A stretch of DNA of 64,000 bases from Lepidodermella squamata (lineage: Eukaryota > Animalia > Gastrotricha). The position numbers were made by a program, and so were the translations under genes. The notes beneath the pieces were generated by a model. It did not search any database and was not told the origin of the DNA. It saw nothing but the letters and a program-made list of their open reading frames with translations. Shown here one piece after another: positions 22,771 through 33,551 of the stretch. How positions within the stretch are numbered: the first letter of the stretch is position 1; every line of letters starts with the position of its first letter. The DNA is taken from NCBI GenBank assembly GCA_047495785.1, contig JBLDXI010000046.1:496001-560000 (forward strand), written 5' to 3'.

Positions 22771-24096
22771 ATGAGATCAATTCTTGTTTCAGCCATTTTC
22801 TTAGTAGCTTCACTGCTACACGCCAATGCAGCTGTGGAGGATTGGGTAGCTGATGGAGGTGACTACGCCCACACTGGTTACAAGCCGTACTCACTGGGTA
22901 ACGTCAACAAAATCGATATCCTTTGGAAATACCAACTAGATTCTACTCGCAAAAGCATGAATGGAATTCTTGTCTTCAACCAGAAATTGTACGCTTACAC
23001 TGACGACGGCGATTTGGCAATAATCGATGCTAAAAACGGCGCTCTCGTCAAGCAGTTGAACGTTAAGGCTAATTGGACAGTACTCTATCAGGTGATTGAG
23101 CCCGAAAATCAACTCATGTTCCTCGCAGACTTGGATGGGCAAGTTGTCGCGATTAGCCTCGAGGCTGGGAAGGAGGCAGTCATTTGGTCTCAAAAACTAC
23201 CGGGTCGTATCCACGATATAATCCCAGTTACAGGGTTGAAAGATCTAGTCGTTGCCAGTACCATCGATGGTAAAAACGGTGAGCTGATAGCACTGGACTT
23301 CCAAACAGGGCTGCAGCGATCTTCTTTTGGGGTCGCTTCACTGGACATTCCTTATTACCTATCACTCTCGAATGATAATCGATTGATCGGATTGACAATG
23401 AGCACTACAACCGAAGCTGTCGCTGAGTTTGATGCGACTAAGAGTGGGAACAAATTGTGGAATGTCGACTTCCCTTTACTAAGCGCCATTCTCAATCATG
23501 GGCCTATGATTTCTGGTAATATCGCGATCACTAGGCAAAATTCCGAAATGGCTGCTGTTGATATCAACAGCAGAACTGTGAACTGGACAGCATCGCCTTG
23601 CAGCGACGATTTTTTGACAGCTGTTACGGACCATGAATTCGTCTACCGGAAATGTAAACCGGTCGAACATGTCTCCATAGCCAAGCACGACATTAAAACT
23701 GGGGATTTAGTTTTTATTGTCAGAGTACCACTTTCTGATGCGCCCCCTGCTTGTGACCCTATTGTTCTGGACGATTACATTATCGCGCAGGGTTATACCG
23801 GGTTTGCGATTTACGATAAAGTTGATGGCAGCTTGGTTGCCAATATCGCAGTTGGCGATGGCTCGTTTAATTTCGGTAACAAATGGGCATTTTCTGCTGG
23901 AGTGTTCTACGCACAGGGTTCCGATGGATATGTCTATGCGTTTGGTACGAGCTATGAGGCTACAACGCCAAGTCCAAATACGACTCCGAAGACAACTCAA
24001 CCGAATACGACTCCAAATGGTGCAAACGGACAGCTGATTAGTTATGTAGCATTATTTATTTATATTTCAATTGGCTTGCTATTCGTTGGACATTAA
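22771..24096 (+). CDS. Intronless PQQ/BamB-like beta-propeller protein, copy B (tandem paralog)
   Basis: 441-aa ORF colinear with copy A; homologous promoter and 3' UTR. Confidence 0.85.
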   Translation: MRSILVSAIFLVASLLHANAAVEDWVADGGDYAHTGYKPYSLGNVNKIDILWKYQLDSTRKSMNGILVFNQKLYAYTDDGDLAIIDAKNGALVKQLNVKANWTVLYQVIEPENQLMFLADLDGQVVAISLEAGKEAVIWSQKLPGRIHDIIPVTGLKDLVVASTIDGKNGELIALDFQTGLQRSSFGVASLDIPYYLSLSNDNRLIGLTMSTTTEAVAEFDATKSGNKLWNVDFPLLSAILNHGPMISGNIAITRQNSEMAAVDINSRTVNWTASPCSDDFLTAVTDHEFVYRKCKPVEHVSIAKHDIKTGDLVFIVRVPLSDAPPACDPIVLDDYIIAQGYTGFAIYDKVDGSLVANIAVGDGSFNFGNKWAFSAGVFYAQGSDGYVYAFGTSYEATTPSPNTTPKTTQPNTTPNGANGQLISYVALFIYISIGLLFVGH

Positions 24097-25121
24097 AGTT
24101 CTTGCAACTTGAGCTTCGATATAGGTTGAGATAAGAGCAATAAACATGAGTATTCAAAATCTGAAATTCCACCATCCTTTCGCCTGCCGACTTAAATTTG
24201 CCTTGGGAGAAAAATTCGGGTAATACATCAGACAACGAAAAGTGTTTTATGAATAGCCCTCATGCTGTTTTATGTCATGTAGCAATTTTATTCACATATT
24301 ATAGTTGACACGAATTTGTGAAGAATATCTTACATAAAATGTTGGAGCGAAAATGAAAAAGCGCCGTGTAGTAAAATAAAAATACTATCTCTTAAATCCA
24401 AATTCGTGGGGGCAAAGTACGAGTACAAAAAATCACTCATGAACTTCAAAATTAGCACCATTATGTTGAGGATAAACACGAAACCGATTTTCGAAGTCGG
24501 CCGAAGTTCGCTTCATTAATTTTCAAGCGGTTATACTCTAAATTGATGAAAGCAGAATATATCATATGCAGTCGTCATATTTCAGCACATTTCAATAACT
24601 TCGAAAAAAACTAACACTTTAAAGAATTTGAAGCATTTTAAAGTCATCGCAGGTTCAAATGTGACCACAGAGACATTAGGTTTATTTTGGCATTTGCTGT
24701 CGTGGATCTGATAATGCAGTCATCTTTGGCCGCAAATTTGTCCATCGAACGTCATAGCGCAAATTACCTTCAACTAAATAACGAAAGGATCCACTAGCCA
24801 GCATTTTTTCACCCGGCCTGTCAGCAATTTCTGTGTAGAAATTTTCGCGTGTGCGCCTACAAACATGCCACAAACAGAGGTTAACGGCGGAGTTTTTCAC
24901 TAGCCAGCATTTTTCATTAATTTTTGAGCCTTCTGCTGACATGCCTTCTTTAAACGAGTATTGAAGAAAGAGAGAAAGCAGTTTTTTGTTTCAAATAAAA
25001 TACAGAGGTGCCGGCCACGGTCGCCAGAATAGGATAATGATTATTTCTTGTTATCTAAAATATTTCTTCTTTCGAAATTTTTTAATAGCAATATTATAGT
25101 GAATTATAAAATTCTTCGAAT

Positions 25122-27016
25122 ATGATCCGCTCGAAAATTGTACTATCTATTGCCATTTTCACGATCGGCGCAGGTAAGAAGATTATTAAATGTTTCTCGC
25201 AATTACACGATTCCATTAATAGCTGCCCAGTGGCCGAATCCAGCCAGCCTGATATTCGAAGCTCATATGAACGAAACTAATGGCTTGACCGACAGTATCT
25301 GCAACAAAAAGCCTGTTAGTGTGGGCACAGCGGATTACACTTTACCAGGAAGAATTATACCGGGCAACAGTCCTTTCGGTGGAAAGAATTCATCATTCGG
25401 TCGGAGATTCAGGGGGGAAGAATTGGCCGTTTATGAATCATTGGATAATATGCTAGGATTCACAGTTTCATTCTACGCCAATGTTACATCGAACAGCTCA
25501 GCTGGATTGTTCGAACTGGATTATTCAACTGATATATTGACGGCAGCTTGTGTTTCGAACAGCTTGGTCGTCAAGATTTTCGACAAGGTAGAGATAAAAA
25601 CGACATTCACGTTGACGCTGCCTGATGTCTGCGGCAGTCATTGGCGGTTCTACTCGATTTCTTACAACAATTTAACGGGCGATGTGACCGCCTATGCAGT
25701 TAACAACACCGCCAAGTCGACGAAATCCGTAAGTGGAAGATATAGTAAGAGACTTCCCGTGGATGACTCACCTTATCTGACGCTTGGCTACGTCTTGGAT
25801 CGCGGAACCTATGTCATGTACGACTTTTCGGCTGCGTCTGGAATGTTCTGCTTTTCAGTTTACAACCAAACGTTGTCTCAGGATGATATCAGCAAATTGC
25901 CGAACGCGTGCCTTGTGAAGCCAACTAAACACCAAAATGTCACTTGCCAACCAGCGGATGCTGATTGTAAGCAAACTCTCCTCGTCCCGAAAAGGATTTG
26001 CATTAAACTTTCTATTTCCCTCAGTTGAACCTGGTATTTCTTGGCCAGAGGCGGGTCAACTGGTATTGGCACCATACATGAATTCAACGTTGGAACTGCA
26101 AGACGCGCTATGCAATGTTAAACCGATCGAGTCCGTGCGTAGTGCTCAATCTGTTACAACATTGCCTGAAAAATCACCTTATATGGACAAAGCCAATAGC
26201 ATGGTTGCCGGCTGGTGTTGCATAGCATTTGATAACACCAGGGTGAACAAGACTCTGGCCCGTTACAGTGCCATACCTCTCACTACCAACAATTTCACGA
26301 TCGGAATGTTTGCATCCACGTCGATTAGTTTAAGTGGTGAGAACAGAACGAACAATTTTCGCACTTCTGGCCTATTCGAGATTGAGTTTCCAACATCAGC
26401 GGTAACAGCCCACTGCGCGATGGAAAATGAACTCCACGTTAAAGTTTACAGCAAAGCGTCAAATGCGGTTGTAGCCACTTTGAAGGCGCAAAACGTTTGC
26501 CGCGGGTGGAAATTCTACGCTGTTACGTTCAGCTCAAACGGCTTGTTGACCCTATACACGTGGCACAAGAATGCTCAGATAGCTGATTCAGATTGGTCGA
26601 AACTGCCGTATGACCCTAACACTTTGTACGAGACATCAACGAGGGTTGATCCTGGTCTCTTCAAAGCTGAAGCCGTCGATGTAACTGTTGGCGGGGCGCT
26701 GGATCGTGAGACGAATACGCGATATGGGTTTTATGAGAACGACAGAATGGCTTGCGTTTCGCTCTACGAACAATCTCTTGATAAAAGTAAGGTGAAACAG
26801 CTAACGGAAGCTTGCCGCTCAGCTCCGCCACCCGCTTCTGCCTCTAAATGCTTCGACCTTACCAAGCCAAGGCGGCTAGCAACAGATGCACCGAAAAAGC
26901 CGGATACAGTGCAACGGCAAGATACATCTCCTAATTCTGACAAGAAGAATGGAGCTACGACAGTGACGATGAGTGCTCTGGCGGTTGTGTTTGCTATTGG
27001 AATCCGCGCATTCTAG
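25122..27016 (+). CDS. Putatively GPI-anchored protein with two LamG/pentraxin-like (ConA-like jelly-roll) domains
   Basis: Signal exon MIRSKIVLSIAIFTIGA, then two homologous domains (FTVSFYA/FTIGMFA; WRFYSISY/WKFYAVTF; FSVYNQTLS..I..L / VSLYEQSL...V..L) separated by an intron at ~25967-26025; hydrophobic C-terminus. Confidence 0.75.
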
Positions 27017-28205
27017 CTTGATGGACTGTCGAAAAGTCTTGCTTCATGAAATATCAATTTATTATCGTGTTGCAATAATGAAAAGTTGACACTTGTGAAA
27101 AAATGGTTCTTATTAGCTCGGGCTCAAATTTCCGAACCAAATTTCAGCTAATGAACCTTCTCCATTCCCTCCATAATTTGCTGAGATTTATTGTCTTAAA
27201 AGCATATGCTTAGATTTTCTAGCGATATCTTTTTCTCCAGGCTGGATATTCTTCAGCTCCATGGATGCTTCTTCGCAAACTCATTCTCCTCCAACATATA
27301 CACTGCACTTCAACTCCATCTTCCATAAGGTTGCGAAGCGCTGCTTTGAATTACAGAACTTTAAAAATAATAACGTATGAAAGCCCATTGTAATGTGTTT
27401 GATCTACTAGTTTTGTATTTTTTCATTCGAAAATGATAGAATATAAAAGTTGTCTTGAGCTTTCTATTGTAACTTTCGTATTCATTTATTCATCAGTTAC
27501 AGGCTTGCTTCAATTTTTATTTTCAAGGCTTTCTTCTTCTATTCGACCGGAAAAACGCATCATCAATTAGTGAAATTAGGATTTAACCTTTCAGTAGGTA
27601 TTCATCAGTCGTCAGTTTCAAGATTGAGCAGCATATCCTGAAGGCTTTAAAAAGGCCTATTCAAAGCGGCCGAGGCCATTCGCGATGAATTTCATTCTGT
27701 TCATTCTGTCGTTCTCCAAATGACAGAGACCTATTTAGAAAATTACAAATGTGACAAGATGGGCGATAATGGAAACAGTTGATAAGTACTGCTTGATCTT
27801 TAGCTTCGGCCAAACTGGAAACTTCGTTTCGGTGAAAAGACCAGCAGAATCCGCGCGATTTTTACAATGTCAGCGGTTCACAGGCGTGATGGACCATACC
27901 AGCGTTGTTATCTGCCTTAAGAGCGCGGCTTAAGAACCAACTTTAATAGGTTGTTATAGGCGGTGTTTTATAACAGCAACGAAGAACTTGCAAAAACCAG
28001 AAAATGTTAACAAGGAAAAGGAAAAATGGAAAACTTTGGGATAAATAATATTCGGTTAATAATGGCAAACAAAAACGATGTCAAATGCGCATGGAAATAA
28101 ATTGACAACAATAATCTACGGGCAAAATGAATCACCCTTATCTACCAAATTTATATCCGTGTCACAATTGATTTGGAGGGATAATCAGCCGAAATGAGCC
28201 CAATA

Positions 28206-30430
28206 TTAGTGGGGAATATTAATCACGAAACCAAGGGAAAACCTTGAAGAGTATAGCCAAGCGGATTCGTTCGATATAGCAACGACTATCAGACCTATGG
28301 CAATTGTCATTTGCTGCTTGATTTGATCGCGAAGAGTTATGGCAATCAGGGTAGTACCAAGCAATAGAGCGGCTGAATTGCCCAGATTGAAGGTGAGGAA
28401 TTTGCCCTTCTCAATTGTCCAACCGCGACTTTTCACAACGAGAAAGCCATAGATTCCAACAGTCAACAGGAAAATTTGCGAACTCATTAGAGTCGCGATT
28501 AACCCATTCCAGGTAGCCGAGCTGCAAGAGAAGAGGACAAATGTCACCAAAACATCTCTGCTATCATCGTAAACAGGCTCTGATGGCGCATTCCAGCATT
28601 GAGGAGGGTCAAACTTTAACCAGGCAACAATCATAACTGAGAAAAGTAGGAAGCAAAATGCTACAGCCTAAACTTTTTCATCCTTCGGCTTCGCAGTGCC
28701 CTAGCTTCAGATAGCTGCGTCGATATCCATGACAACGGAGCTCTCGACCTCCGCTTTATCCTCCTTTTCGGGGCAAGAAAGCTAACAGCTGTATAACCGT
28801 TTATAAGAGACAAGCCAATAAATGGCAGGACAATCCTCAAAATTGTAACCCAAAATGGCGAGAAATTAGTTGGATACGAAAATGCAATCGCAGCTGCATA
28901 ACAGAAGAGTAGCCCGATATTGGTTGTGATTCGAAGACTTCTGCTGATTCCATTCCTGATGCCACCTAGCAAGGTTATCAGTTTTCCCATTGAAGCTATG
29001 CAACAAATAGTAATGAAAAACGGAGTTGGAACCTCTGAAATTTCTGTTATGCTGGGGCTGGTATCTCGCGGAATTCTCCGACCCCACGCCATCCAATCGA
29101 AATGTTGCACTCTGACTACTTCGAATCGGTTAGACTTCCCCTCGCTGATTTGCTTGATCGTGAATATTGTTCGGAAACCATCTCGTTTGTTCCAGTTCGC
29201 AATGGTCAGAATATCGTCAATCAGTCCGAATTCGTTGTAGCTGATGGTGCCTATTCTTAGCCCTGTTACTTTTTGTCCCACAAATGATTCGTTGGCAATC
29301 TTCATGACTTCAGCAGGATACTTAGCGTAGTCAGCTAGGGTCAAATTAGCCTTCTGAAGTCGGTTCTCCGTCACGTTCAATCCGAGAGTGATCATGAGAG
29401 CGCTGTCGTAGCATAAGAACCTTGTCTCGTAGTCACCAGATCGTGAGTAGTTCAAATACCTCTCGTCGAGAATCCTATCCATACTCTCCGCATTGTGACC
29501 CAGTACAGACCTGACAGAACTAGATTTGTTTCCCATGAGTTGACCGACCCAAAAAACAAGCTGGTATTGAGCAAGCATCATTTCTTTCGTGCATTTACTC
29601 CCAATAGATTCCGGGAGATTCTCAACGTCTGTATACGCGAAAATATCAGCCACAATCACATACCGTTCACCTCTAATTCCGTTCGTGTATAAAATGCAGA
29701 GAAACTTGAGGAAATTAACACTGAAATCTTCGGAGAAAATTACCCGGACATCCTTTGCTCGAAGAATTGCAGCTACATCCTCTTCTTCATCGACAGAAGC
29801 ATGGAGGTTGTAGTAGGCAACAATGAGATTGTTTTTGATGGCATTTTGATACACTGCTTCACAGACTAAAACTGAATATTTGTCATTTATCGCTCCGAAT
29901 ATCGCAATTTTTCGCCAATGTCCAATTTCTTTCATCAATTGAATAGTCGATACAGCTACGCTGGCCGAGGATGAGTATCCTAAGTAGAGATTCGGGTACC
30001 TTCCTCGGTTTTCGAGTTCCTGCAAGTTGCAAGTCCCGAGGCCGACCATATTAAGGTGGTGATAAAGTCGGCCACTGTATATGCATCCAGCTGAGGAACA
30101 TCCCGCAAAGTTTATCGGCGAGATCAACGCACCTTCCTCGGAACTTCGGGTAAAGTTGATGAGCGCTGATGGTTGCAGATAGCCTAGCTTTTCGTCTCCA
30201 AAAATTGCTGATATGTGATAGCCGGGGATGATATTTTGACTGTTTGCGGTGTCGTAGACCAGCTGCATCGCGGCAGTACAAGCTTCGCCCCAGTCAGGGG
30301 TTAGAGTTGCGTAGGGTATCAAGCTCAACACTTGAATGTCTTGCACCGAATGAGCTGTGGAAAATTGCATTAGAAACCAGAAAATGCTACTTATAGAAAG
30401 CATCTCAGGTATGCTTAGGAACAAGCGCAT
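28206..30430 (-). CDS. Second divergent GABA-B-like class C GPCR, intronless, with an apparent 1-nt frameshift near 28667
   Basis: ORF 28661-30481 (ATG at 30430 or 30403) encodes the Venus flytrap domain (IIPGYHI, RYPNLY, WRKIAI, CILYTNGIRGERYVIV) and TM1-3. TM4-7 continue in another frame (AVAFCFLLFSVMIVAWLKFDPP..., ORF 28206-28634). Confidence 0.78.
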
Positions 30431-30907
30431 GCAGATACATGTGGCTTGGATCTTGTCGAAATATTTTGGTGGTTTCAGCAACCTTTCTGTCGAAAGTCCT
30501 TTTCTGAAAGTCTCAGGTTACATATTTACGTCAACCGTTAAAAGTCCTTTGAAAATCGTGCCAAACAGCTGTTTCGTTGACTTCATGGCGTCATAGGTCT
30601 ATGTCGCTCTCTTGCTTATTCTGGAAATAATGACGCACATACCTTCTAATAAATTTAGATGTGGATATGTTTTTGACACAGAATTTTGTGACACGCAATG
30701 GCTTTTAAACTGAATATGAGACCACATCAGTTTATCATAACATTTATTCACCACTGCACCATTGGGTAAATTGCGATTGCGTAAACATCACTCTGAAATT
30801 CATTCGATTGCTGAAGGCCGGTAAAACGTGGGCGCTGATGGCGCCTGATAACTGATAATTCTAAAATCAAACGTCTTCCCTCTTTGGAGTCAACTCGTAA
30901 CATCGAA

Positions 30908-30989
30908 GCTGCTATGCCCGAGTGGTTAAGGGGTCTGACTTGAAATCAGATGCGGTCTCCGCGCGTAGGTTCAAATCCTACTGGCAGCG
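30908..30989 (+). tRNA. tRNA-Ser(TGA)
   Basis: Complete cloverleaf: acceptor GCTGCTA/TGGCAGC, anticodon arm TCTGA-CT TGA AA-TCAGA, long variable arm, T arm GTAGG-TTCAAAT-CCTAC, discriminator G, T6 terminator. Confidence 0.95.
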
Positions 30990-31032
30990 ATTTTTTCTTC
31001 AAGATCTTATATTTATCAGTTTTATTAATTTC

Positions 31033-32027
31033 TCACATCCCAGTTGAAACATGTTTCGAAGTGAGTCTTTCACTTATGTCCCACAATTTCGCTGCTTTAT
31101 CATCATCCTGGCCAATCCACCATAATGCAGTAACCGCCTTTTTCCTGAATTCGAAACAGCCATTTTTATAATTCAATCAAAGCCTATGAATAGAACTCAC
31201 GTGAAATATTGACCGGAATACTGCTCCAATCCAGGCTGCGTTGCGCAATACATCGTTGTAGCTATTCCTTCTTGAACTGTTGATATTAGGAACCATTTGA
31301 TCGGCTTCCCAATTATCCTCAACCACAACGGTCTTTCCTTTCGAAAACCATCACCAGCATTCGTCAGGATCATACCAGGATGAACGCTGTAGACTGTCAC
31401 CCCAGAATGAGGCTGCCCGGGGGTTAAATTCAACCTTCTATCCAACTCGCGGCCAAATAAAATGTTCGCCAATTTTGACCGAGCGTAGGCCATAAAACCG
31501 CTGTAAGGTCGGCTCTCCCAGTTAGGATCGTCAATATTAAAACCCCATGGCAACGTCATTTGATAAGCATAAGACGACAGAACCACCACTCGGCTTGGGG
31601 CTGATTTCTTTAGTAAATCCATCAGTAAATTTGTTAGGAGGAAATGACCCAGGTGATTCGTTCCGAATGCGATCTCGAAGCCATCTTTAGTGACGGCTTT
31701 CTCTGACCCTCGTGTAACTACGCCAGCATTGTTGATCAGAACATGAAGTTGCTCCTCGGTCTCGTTTATGAGTGCAGCAAATTTTCGAACTGATTCCAGT
31801 GAGGCGAGGTCCAGTTGGCGAACAACCAGCTTTTCTTCGAGAATCCCAGCTGCCTCGCGAATGTACTTCACAGCTTCTTCGCCTGCTTCAAGTCTTCTAC
31901 AGGCTAGAATTACTCGAGAAGCGCCGGATTTCACGAGTTCCAGGGCGGTTTCGCGGCCGAGACCAGTATTAGCCCCTGTTACAAGGCAAACTTTGCCTAC
32001 GATCGACCATTCTACAGGTTCATCCAT
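31033..32027 (-). CDS. Short-chain dehydrogenase/reductase, retinol dehydrogenase 12/13/14-like
   Basis: TGANTGLG, NNAG, NHLGHFLLT, YARSK, VHPG. One intron (~31145-31200); last exon ...DDKAAKLWDISERL...*. Confidence 0.92.
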
Positions 32028-32194
32028 TGTTATAAACAAAATGCTAGGCGGAACACAAATAATCTGTTATGAGTTGAGCAGAGTTTATCTATCATGACTC
32101 TTATCTTTGTCCATTCTTAGTGGTGCCAGATTGTGCTAACAGAACGCTTTCACTCTTAAGTAATATCGGTCAACTTGTTTTAATTTCTTTGTAA

Positions 32195-33428
32195 ATGGAC
32201 GAACCTTGGGATATCAAAGGCAAAGTCTGCCTGATCACTGGTGCTAATGGCGCAATAGGCCGAGAAACATCAGTCTCATTGGCTAAATTAGGAGCTAAGC
32301 GCCTGATTTTCGCTTGCCGTAGCCTCGAAGCAGCAAATGAAACCATCAATTACGTTTGCGAGAAGGCTGGAATCCCGTCATCTGAGATCGAGTCGAAATT
32401 CGTCGTTTACCAGGTGGAACTCGCCTCGCTGAGCAGTGTTAAAGAATGCTGTAAGCGAATCATCGAAAATGAGGCTGAACTTCACCTGCTCATCAACAAC
32501 GCCGGAATCATGGCTGCTGGTAACAAAGTTCTATCTCAGGATGGATACGAAGCAACATTCGCCATAAATCACCTCGGTCATTTTCTCTTAACAACAAGCC
32601 TTTTGGATTTACTGAAAAGGTTAGCTCTATTAATTATTGGGGAAATTTTGATAATTTTTGAGGGTTTTGTTAGGTCAGCTCCAGCAAGAATTGTTCAAGT
32701 CGCTTCTTTAGCCTACAAGTTCTGCTATCCCTCAGGATTCCCAATCGCAGATCCAAATTTCAAGCATAGATCCTACTCGTCTCTACCAGCTTACAATCAG
32801 TCGAAACTAGCGAATGTGCTATTCATTCACGAGCTGAACAGGCGGCTCAAGGCAGAAGGCTGTAGCAATGTGACATCGTACAGCCTCCACCCAGGCCACG
32901 TTCGAAGTAATTTGATCAACAAGAGCAACAAAACGCTGTTCTATCTGTCGAAGCCAGTTCGCGCTATTTTCTATACAACCCCGGAGAATGGTGCGAAAAC
33001 AGTTGTACACGTAGCAACAAAGCCTGGAATTGAGCAGCATTCTGGAAAATATTTTGACAAGCAAGTTCTTAAATTTTAAGGGCATGGCTAGTGGGCAATC
33101 TGAAGTTTGAAGTTCTAGCACTAGATTCCCCTGAGCTATAATTTTTCTAGTTTCGTCTAGATCTCTATTAGTTGCCTTTTTCCAGGGTCCTAAGGTGCAT
33201 AAATCATCACAGAGAATCAGCAAATTGTGTGCTCGGACGCATAATTTTAGAGCTAGAGCTTCCATTTTAATGGAAAAATAATTAGACCCAATCTTTTATA
33301 ATTTCAGTGGCAATCGTGATGTCGAGGAGCTGTGGAATATCGGCAAGGATGACGTCAAATCCTGTCAGCTGTGGCAACTTAGCGAGGATCTGATTTCAGC
33401 AGCTTTCAACGTTGCCTCCTCAACCTAA
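32195..33428 (+). CDS. Short-chain dehydrogenase/reductase, RDH12-like paralog (head-to-head)
   Basis: TGANGAIG, NNAG, NHLGHFLLT, YNQSK, LHPG. Short intron near 32620-32672 and an inferred GC-AG intron 33061-33307; last exon ...LWQLSEDLI...*. Confidence 0.9.
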
Positions 33429-33551
33429 TAGGAATGTAAAATGTGACAAACGTTTCGGAAATAAAATTGAACATCACACTTTATTTTTCTATTAAATATA
33501 ATAAATTATACCCAATTTTTAGGCTTGCGAAAATTTATGTTAAGCAACACG

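Noticed and set aside
19705-24096. Bacterial contamination as the explanation for the PQQ-like genes
   Set aside because: They have AATAAA signals and TATA-like/GATA promoters, no operon context, and are contiguous with intron-containing genes; read-level confirmation is still advisable.
27100-27720. Coiled-coil-like minus-strand coding remnant
   Set aside because: Multiple stops in all frames and no identifiable family.
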